A DNA stretch of 20,855 nucleotides from an uncultured virus (IMG/VR IMGVR_UViG_3300037466_002257). Lineage: Duplodnaviria; Heunggongvirae; Uroviricota; Caudoviricetes. The notes beneath the pieces are model-generated. The model worked only from the letters and a program-made list of their open reading frames with translations. It was not told where the DNA came from and searched no databases. The stretch lies in the IMG/VR virus record IMGVR_UViG_3300037466_002257; one strand, written 5' to 3'. Every line of letters starts with the position of its first letter. The stretch's first letter is position 1. A program made the position numbers and the translations under genes. Of this stretch, positions 15,203 through 20,855 are shown piece by piece.

Positions 15203-16269
15203 GTTGCTTTCTGTCCGGTGCGGACGTTAGATGGGAGCTTGGCGCTCCTGCGAGTGCACGTTGTCGATGCACTCGCAGGAACGCACCTTGCGGTGCGCTC
15301 CGGCCCGATACGGCCCTTGCGGGGCCATAGGATCGCGTCGGTGCCGCGCGATCAGGGTTCACCCGCGAGTCAGGCGCTTCACAGCAAAGCCTCGCGGGGT
15401 TCGTCGCTTCGTCGGATGTTGTCGAATTGGGCGCCGTGTCACATCAGGATTACGGGGTCAAGCCGGTCCATTTTTTCGCTCGCCTCTCCCACACGGGCGG
15501 CATGCTCGCAAGCATGCGCTAGGCGTGTGGCTCGAACGGATTTAACGGTGGTGGCAATTCGGACGCGTGGGCAGTTAGCCAGGCACGCGCGCACTCCTAT
15601 CCACGCGCGGCAATTAAGCGGTCGCGTTTCGTTTGGTTCATGCTCCGATTTTGGTGGCAGACGATCATTCCACCTTTATCTGTCGTACTGCTCGCACCCT
15701 GCACCCGTCACGGGTTGATGCCTGCGTCTCGCGTCCTGCTCTTGTCGCTCCCTTTTGGGGTTGCTTTTTCCGTTACTCTGTTCAGCCGTGCATGCGTTGC
15801 ATGCCGTGCCTACCGTCGCTCGGTGGCAGTTTGCGCGTGACTGTGGCGGATTGAATCTCCGACAGAATGGAAACCGTTTTAGCGGCTCCCGTGTTTGAGT
15901 GATTGACAGTGAGAGGCTTACGCGCGTTCTGAATGGCCGTTCATGCGTACATTGGACGGGAGCGACTGGAGCAGGCAGGGCGGTTGCCGTCCTGCTCTAG
16001 CGGCTCGCGCCGGGCGATTCCCGCGCGGGCGTGACTGTCAATCCATTGTTAATGAACGGTTGCCCGGCTCAATGTCCCGCCATCCCGGCGGGTAGGTTAG
16101 GCGCTGCCGACAAGGGCCACTAAGGGCGCTAGCGGGAGCCTCCTAACGTCAGAGCGAGGCCGCGTGTGATCACGCGTACTAGGGAGGAGTTATCGTCCTG
16201 CTCCTAGCGTCAGGGCTGCACACCGGCAACCCTGACGCTAGGAGCCTGCTCGCGCAGGCTCCGGACGCG
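15203..16269 (-). ncRNA. Candidate large structured non-coding RNA or leader (about 1.07 kb)
   Basis: No credible ORF in an otherwise densely coded genome; more than 15 helices; stem mismatches resolve as G-U on the minus strand; GNRA loops; long-range complementary pairs. Confidence 0.65.
16046..16066 (-). promoter_or_regulatory. boxA-like antitermination element preceded by a small GCAA hairpin
   Basis: CGTTCATTAACAA versus the boxA consensus (T/C)GCTCTTTAACA; CGG-GCAA-CCG immediately 5'. Confidence 0.45.
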
Positions 16270-17019
16270 TTAGGCGGGCAAGGCCAGCGGCGCAGCTACC
16301 GTGCGCGCCGCCACATCGATGACCTCGGCCGCGCGCACGTCGGCGAGTGCGGACGCGATCAACGCGAGGCCGTCCGCGTCAAACCTGCCTGCGCGCACCA
16401 TGTCTGCGACGGCCTGCGCAGTCAGGCCAGCGAGCGCGGCCTGCATGCCCGATTCGTGAATGCGTTGCCGTTCGGCTTGGTCCTGCTCGCGCGCCTCGGC
16501 GGCCTCGCGCGCCTCGGCGGCCTCGCGCTCTGCCTGCTTCGCGGCCTTTTTCGCCTCGCGCTCTGCCTGCTTTTCAGCGGACAGCGCGACGGGTGCGAGC
16601 TTGGAGAATGCATCGTCCGCGAGCGCTGCGCCGAGTGCCTGCGCCTCGCTCCAGTCGGCAACGCTGCGTGTTTGCCCCTTCAATGCATGCGTGAACAGGA
16701 CGCATGCGTCCGCGTAGCGCTCCATCTTCGCGCCCTTGAACACTTCGGGGAGGCGCTTCCAGTCGGCCGGGTTGCCGTGGCCCTTGGGGGCCGCGTTGAC
16801 GAGCGCGAGCGCAAGCACGGTCCCGACCTGCGCGACGATGAGCGCATGCTTGAGGGTCTTGTCTTTGGACAGCGCGGCCGACAGCGTGTCAAGCGCTGTC
16901 ATCCCGTAGAACTGCGCCGAGGCTTCCACCTTGACAGCGGCCGCGACGGCGGACAGGTCCAGAGCAGGACGCGCGGCGCCCTTGGGTTGCTTGACTTGGG
17001 TTGCTTGGGTCTTAGCCAT
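16270..17019 (-). CDS. Ala-rich hypothetical protein with charged coiled coil (249 aa); first gene of the leftward operon
   Basis: GGAGAG RBS before ATG 17019; EAREA repeats. Confidence 0.85.
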   Translation of the reverse strand: MAKTQATQVKQPKGAARPALDLSAVAAAVKVEASAQFYGMTALDTLSAALSKDKTLKHALIVAQVGTVLALALVNAAPKGHGNPADWKRLPEVFKGAKMERYADACVLFTHALKGQTRSVADWSEAQALGAALADDAFSKLAPVALSAEKQAEREAKKAAKQAEREAAEAREAAEAREQDQAERQRIHESGMQAALAGLTAQAVADMVRAGRFDADGLALIASALADVRAAEVIDVAARTVAAPLALPA

Positions 17020-17220
17020 TTCGATTCTCTCCAGCCCCGTCGGGGCCACTGTCGGAGGCGTCCGGTCCCGGTGCGGGACCTATCAACGCAACCGACAACC
17101 GAATTAGAGCACGAATGGCGCGCCGCTACTAGCCCTTTCAACGCGTTGCAAGCATTCCGAACAGACAGAATAGTTATGTCACGGCCGTCCTTTATGCGCG
17201 CCCCGACGGCGCCGGGGCCG

Positions 17221-17272
17221 CTGTCCACAGCCTGTGGACAAGCCCCAGGTATCCACAGGCCTCTGTGGACAA
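17221..17272. promoter_or_regulatory. Cluster of four DnaA-box-like 9-mers in two inverted pairs
   Basis: CTGTCCACA 17221, TGTGGACAA 17233, GTATCCACA 17249, TGTGGACAA 17264 (consensus TT(A/T)TNCACA; TTGTCCACA is a known high-GC variant). Confidence 0.65.
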
Positions 17273-17607
17273 AACCGTCTTGGAAACAGAAGTACTACAG
17301 CCTAGGACGGCCGGAAAGGGCCTTCTGAGCCGCGCGCGCCCCGACAGTACCGCCGCCCTTGACGGGGCCGCGAACGGGGCTCTAGCGCATTTTCAGGAAC
17401 CAAAGGATTACAGGGTAAACCCGCACGGAATCTGTAGTACGCAAGACCTACAAATTCCTGGCCCCGACGGGGCCGCCGACGGGGCGGGCGCCGCTGGCAC
17501 TGGCTCCGCCGGGGCCGCCGCCGCTGGCAGGGATGGGTACACATCCGACGGCAGAGCAGGGCGGCCGGGCCAACCAGGCTCGAAAATTTCCCAAAGGAAC
17601 TTTTCAA

Positions 17608-17674
17608 AACTTTTGGTCCAAAAGTTGACATTTCTGTCAAAATGCTTGACGGCTCAGCCAAAGTTCGGCACAGT
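17608..17674 (+). promoter_or_regulatory. Palindromic operators and candidate sigma70 promoter of the rightward operon
   Basis: AACTTTTGG-T-CCAAAAGTT, TTGACA-TTTC-TGTCAA, then TTGACG-N17-CACAGT (weak -10). Confidence 0.5.
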
Positions 17675-17689
17675 TGGCAGCTCAACAGC

Positions 17690-17735
17690 GCCAAAGCCCC
17701 AGCCCCAGCCCCAGCCCCAGCCAAAGCCCCAGCCC
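17690..17735 (+). repeat. Hexamer tandem repeat (GCCCCA/GCCAAA)n, about 7.5 units
   Basis: Read directly; lies just upstream of ATG 17748. Confidence 0.9.
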
Positions 17736-17747
17736 AAGAAAGCGCCT

Positions 17748-18041
17748 ATGGACATCGACAACAGCAGCTTCTTCGACACGCGCACCGCACACGTCCCGCC
17801 GATGCGCGACACCGTGGACGACGAGTTCAAGGCGCCCGACTGGCGCGAGGCCACCCTGGGCGCTGTCCTGGCCGCTGCCATCGTCGGGGCCGTCCTGCTC
17901 ACCGCACGCCTCTGGCCCGAGCCGGGCACGGTCACCCTGCAGCGGGCCGACTGGCGCTGCACCAAGAGCGAGATCGCCGACGCGCATGAGCCCAGCTTGC
18001 GAGGCGTCACGCGCTGCATCGAGTACGTGAGGACGAAATGA
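17748..18041 (+). CDS. Membrane-anchored hypothetical protein (97 aa)
   Basis: AGAAAG RBS; one TM segment; W-x-C...C-x2-Y C-terminal pattern. Confidence 0.8.
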   Translation: MDIDNSSFFDTRTAHVPPMRDTVDDEFKAPDWREATLGAVLAAAIVGAVLLTARLWPEPGTVTLQRADWRCTKSEIADAHEPSLRGVTRCIEYVRTK

Positions 18042-18358
18042 CCGGCAGCCTGGTGTTCATCGCGATGCTCTTGGCGGCGGCCTTCGGCGTCCACTCCTGC
18101 ACGCAGTCGGATTGGTACAAGGCCGACATCGCCAAGTACGAAGCGGACAAGCAAGCTGCCACGGTGCCGCGCATCGTGAGCCGCAGTGCCGACGGCTGCG
18201 AGGTCTACGCCTTCAATCCCGGCGACCGCTGGCGCTACTTCACGCGCTGCGGGGCGCAGACGACGACCGACAACAGCTACACGGTGACGCGCACGTCGGG
18301 CAAGACCACGACGACCGAGACGGTCGATGACTCGATCACCACAGTGAGGTCCAAATGA
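18038..18358 (+). CDS. Exported/lipoprotein-like protein, DUF4884-like
   Basis: Signal-like N-terminus ending in Cys; DGCEVYAF...RYFTRC motif (family recalled from memory, not searched). Confidence 0.7.
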   Translation: MTGSLVFIAMLLAAAFGVHSCTQSDWYKADIAKYEADKQAATVPRIVSRSADGCEVYAFNPGDRWRYFTRCGAQTTTDNSYTVTRTSGKTTTTETVDDSITTVRSK

Positions 18359-18501
18359 CCGGCTGGGCCGCCTTCTGGCTGTGCGTGGCCGTCTTCATCC
18401 TCTGCGAATGCATCCTGACGATGCACGGCATCGACACCTTCCTCTGGCAGTTCCGCACACCCGCAGAACTCGACATCCAGAAAGACCTGAGCAAGCCATG
18501 A
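18355..18501 (+). CDS. Small membrane protein (48 aa, MTGWAAFWLCVAVFIL...), absent from the ORF track
   Basis: GAGG RBS; ATGA overlaps at both ends. Confidence 0.8.
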   Translation: MTGWAAFWLCVAVFILCECILTMHGIDTFLWQFRTPAELDIQKDLSKP

Positions 18502-18737
18502 GCCATCCCGAACAACTCGCCATCCAGCAGGACAGCCTGGACCTGTGCCACAAGATCGCCCAGCACACCGGCCACGAGCCGAGCGTCGTGCTGGAAAAGG
18601 CACTTCGCACCTACGCCGCGCTGCACACGCTGCACGAGGACAACGGCATCGTCGCCATCCACCAGCACGGGCGGCTGCACCGGCTGGACCTGTCCACGGA
18701 CGCCGCGCACCTTGCCCACGAGCACCGCAGATCATGA
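18498..18737 (+). CDS. Small His-rich protein, possible ribbon-helix-helix fold (79 aa)
   Basis: ATGA overlaps; beta-alpha-alpha-like pattern (...IAQHTG..PSVVLEKALRTY). Confidence 0.65.
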   Translation: MSHPEQLAIQQDSLDLCHKIAQHTGHEPSVVLEKALRTYAALHTLHEDNGIVAIHQHGRLHRLDLSTDAAHLAHEHRRS

Positions 18738-19072
18738 GACCCAAACCGCTCAAGGAGCGGCTCACCCCGGAATTGGTCAGGGCCTTGGAGGACAGGACCA
18801 TGACCAACTCCGAGGTGGCCGCAATTCTCGACGTGAACCCGGCCTACCTGAGCACGGTGTTCAACACGATCTCGAGGAAAAAGCGCGGACCGGTGCGCGA
18901 GCAGCGCGAGTGGATGCGTGATCTGGTCGCGGCCCGCCGCGACGTGCGCGTGCAGGAAGCGCGCAAGGTCGCTCAAGGGCGCAAGTCCATCGAGCAGGCC
19001 GCGCTGGACGCGAACTGCAGCGAGCGCACGATCCGCCGCTACGTCGAAAAAGTGGCTTCGAAAGAGGCCTAA
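18734..19072 (+). CDS. DNA-binding protein with two HTH motifs (112 aa)
   Basis: TNSEVAAILDVNPAYLS and SIEQAALDANCSERTIRRY. Confidence 0.8.
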   Translation: MRPKPLKERLTPELVRALEDRTMTNSEVAAILDVNPAYLSTVFNTISRKKRGPVREQREWMRDLVAARRDVRVQEARKVAQGRKSIEQAALDANCSERTIRRYVEKVASKEA

Positions 19073-19092
19073 ACCTCGGAAATTTTGCCCAA

Positions 19093-19548
19093 ATGGACCC
19101 GATTGACACCGGAAATCCGCCCAAAACGGGCGGTTTGAAGCCCTATTCGCTCGGAAACACGCAGAAACGGCCCGATTTGGACCTCGAAGCGATGGATGTG
19201 AGCGAATTGCTCGCCTTGCGCGACAAGATCGACGCGAAACTGCCCTCCACGAGCCTGAAGGACATCAACGTCGAGCAGGAGGTGCTGCTGCAGTATTACC
19301 GCGTCAAGGACCTGCAGGAAAAGGCCGCCGACGCGCCCGACGTGCCCACCAACCAGCGCGCACAGGTCGCCAACAGCGTCGCCAACACGCTCAAGGAGAT
19401 CGTGAAGATGCGCGAGAAGGTCTACAACGCCGAGCAGTTCCGCAAGATGGAGGCCGCCCTTGCGAAGGTGCTGCGCACGCAGCCCAAGGAGGTGCAGGAC
19501 GCGTTCTTCGCGGCCTACGAGAAGAGTGCGACGGAGATGGCAGCATGA
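19093..19548 (+). CDS. terS: Probable terminase small subunit (helical, 151 aa)
   Basis: Size, helical character and position upstream of terL; positional inference only. Confidence 0.55.
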   Translation: MDPIDTGNPPKTGGLKPYSLGNTQKRPDLDLEAMDVSELLALRDKIDAKLPSTSLKDINVEQEVLLQYYRVKDLQEKAADAPDVPTNQRAQVANSVANTLKEIVKMREKVYNAEQFRKMEAALAKVLRTQPKEVQDAFFAAYEKSATEMAA

Positions 19549-19886
19549 TCCTCGATCCCGACTACGCCCGCGTCTTCACGCAAGCCCGCATCATCGCCTG
19601 GCAGTACGGCTACTCGGCGAGCCTGCACGGCTCCTACACGCGCGACCTGGACATCCTGCTGACGCCGTGGACCAAAGAGGCGCGGCCCAACCACGACCAA
19701 CTCGTGCGGCTCATCGCGGACGCCTGCAACCTGACCGTGTCGGTGCTGAACACGCAAGGCGACATCCGCTGGACCGAAAAGCCCCACGGCCGACGCGCGA
19801 CAAGCCTGCACTTCCCCGGCTTCGGGGATCGTCGCTGGGTGGGCATCTCGATCATGCCGTGCGCACCGGGAGTCGCCCATGCTTGA
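19545..19886 (+). CDS. Phage protein with nucleotidyltransferase-like motif (LHGSYTRDLD)
   Basis: hhGS...DxD resembles the Pol-beta superfamily signature; ATGA overlap with the upstream gene. Confidence 0.7.
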   Translation: MILDPDYARVFTQARIIAWQYGYSASLHGSYTRDLDILLTPWTKEARPNHDQLVRLIADACNLTVSVLNTQGDIRWTEKPHGRRATSLHFPGFGDRRWVGISIMPCAPGVAHA

Positions 19887-20855
19887 CCGCGTCCTCTTTC
19901 GCGAGCACATCGAGCGGGTGCGCTCGGACGTGTCGGCCCGTCACTCGCTTGCGGACATTCCGGCGTGGATCACCGAGAACACCTACATCCGGGGCCAGAA
20001 GTACAGCTTCAAGGACCACGAATTTCAGGAGTACATCATCCGCTCGGAAGACACCGAGGTGAACGTGATGAAGTGCTCGCAGGTGGGCCTGTCGGAGATC
20101 ATGGCCCGCTGGGTGATGGCCGTGGCCTACAACTTCCCGGCGTTCTCGACCATCATCACCTTCCCGTTCTCAGGCGACGCGAACGACTTCGCCAAGACGC
20201 GGGTCGATCCCTTCATCCAGTCCTCGCCCAAGCTGTCGGAGGCGATGAGCAAGCTGGACAACAAGGACATCAAGCAGATTCGCGAGTCGCTGGTCTACTT
20301 CCGAGGCACCAACGGCACGACGGCGGCGATCTCGATCCCGGCCGACTGCATCGTCTCGGACGAGATCGACCGCTCCAACCCGCACATCCTGACGCAGTAC
20401 ACCTCGCGCCTGACGCACTCGCCGTACAAGCTGCGAAGGAACTTTTCGACGCCCACGGTGAAGGGCTACGGCATCGACCTGAAGATGCAGAGCAGCCGCC
20501 GCTTCGTGAACCTGTGCAAGTGCCACCGCTGCAACGAGTGGTTCCGGCCCGACTTCTTCGAGCACGTCACCATCCCCGGCTACGACGGCGAGGTGAAGGC
20601 CCTGAACAAGAACACCCTTGCGAAGACCCGCTACCTGGAGGCCTATCTGCGCTGCCCGAAGTGCGGCAAGGAGCCGAGCCTGTACCCGGCGCAGCGCGAG
20701 TACGTGTGCGAGAACGCGGGCGACGGCTTCGAGGCCAAGGGCATCTACGTCAGCCCCTTCGACGCACCGGCCATCATCACGCCCACGTCGCTCCTGAAGG
20801 CGATGGTCGAGTACGCCCGGTTCTCCGAGTTCGTCAACCAGAACCTCGGGCAGAC
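19879..20855 (+). CDS. terL: Terminase large subunit, lambda gpA family (N-terminal about 325 aa; runs off the window; absent from the ORF track)
   Basis: Hand translation MLDRVLFREH...: HEFQ adenine-binding motif, KCSQVGLSE Walker A variant, IVSDEIDR Walker B, FSTPT coupling motif, CHRC...CPKC zinc ribbon. Confidence 0.93.
   Translation, partial: MLDRVLFREHIERVRSDVSARHSLADIPAWITENTYIRGQKYSFKDHEFQEYIIRSEDTEVNVMKCSQVGLSEIMARWVMAVAYNFPAFSTIITFPFSGDANDFAKTRVDPFIQSSPKLSEAMSKLDNKDIKQIRESLVYFRGTNGTTAAISIPADCIVSDEIDRSNPHILTQYTSRLTHSPYKLRRNFSTPTVKGYGIDLKMQSSRRFVNLCKCHRCNEWFRPDFFEHVTIPGYDGEVKALNKNTLAKTRYLEAYLRCPKCGKEPSLYPAQREYVCENAGDGFEAKGIYVSPFDAPAIITPTSLLKAMVEYARFSEFVNQNLGQ

Larger units (their letters stand above)
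1..20855. mobile_element. Tailed phage (or prophage) genome segment: early/accessory gene array plus start of the packaging operon
   Basis: gpA-type terminase at the right end, NinX-like genes, dozens of short co-oriented ORFs with ATGA overlaps, no host housekeeping genes. Confidence 0.95.

Noticed and set aside
11..15718. Long plus-strand ORFs (e.g. 5831-7297, 8648-10138, 14477-15718)
   Set aside because: They are antisense shadows of GC-rich minus-strand genes; RBS motifs and stop/start overlaps support only the minus-strand tiling
15869..15890. GAGCCG...CGGTT hairpin resembling group II intron domain V
   Set aside because: It lacks the upper stem, bulge and GNRA loop; I see no clear intron boundaries, interrupted gene or maturase, and no group I P/Q/R/S motifs
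15203..16269. CsrB/RsmZ-like sponge (three CAGGACG)
   Set aside because: By rough count GGA is not enriched over expectation, and most copies lie in stems rather than loops
15203..16269. tRNA, tmRNA or RNase P gene
   Set aside because: No cloverleaf/T-arm with acceptor stem, and no GAGGAAAGTCC signature found
17265..17747. N-terminal extension of the 258-aa ORF, including PQPQPQ
   Set aside because: It runs through palindromes and a tandem repeat; the RBS-supported start is ATG 17748
20170..20565. Minus-strand 131-aa ORF
   Set aside because: It lies antisense to the terminase large subunit

Overview
GC-rich segment of a tailed (Caudoviricetes) phage genome; a Burkholderiales-like host is inferred only from composition and Shine-Dalgarno style. 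Bases 1-17019 form a long leftward array of about 45 mostly small, tightly overlapping hypothetical genes that look like early/accessory genes. They include two NinX/DUF2591-like paralogs, a lipoprotein and several small membrane proteins, and many start behind one conserved motif, AGAAAGGAACTTC(GAC)ATG. The array is interrupted by two non-coding blocks. The first (12860-13580) holds 13-bp direct repeats, an AT-rich tract, an IHF consensus, overlapping hairpins and a 28-bp palindromic tandem array. The second (15203-16269) is an ORF-poor stretch of about 1.07 kb, dense in helices with minus-strand G-U/GNRA bias, long-range non-nested pairings, alternative pairings and a boxA-like element; it is the best candidate here for an undescribed large structured phage RNA. 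A divergent intergenic region (17020-17747) carries four DnaA-box-like 9-mers and palindromes. The rightward operon encodes small proteins, a double-HTH protein, a probable small terminase, a nucleotidyltransferase-motif protein and the N-terminal part of a lambda gpA-family large terminase that runs off the window end. All assignments were made by eye; no database search or folding program was run.
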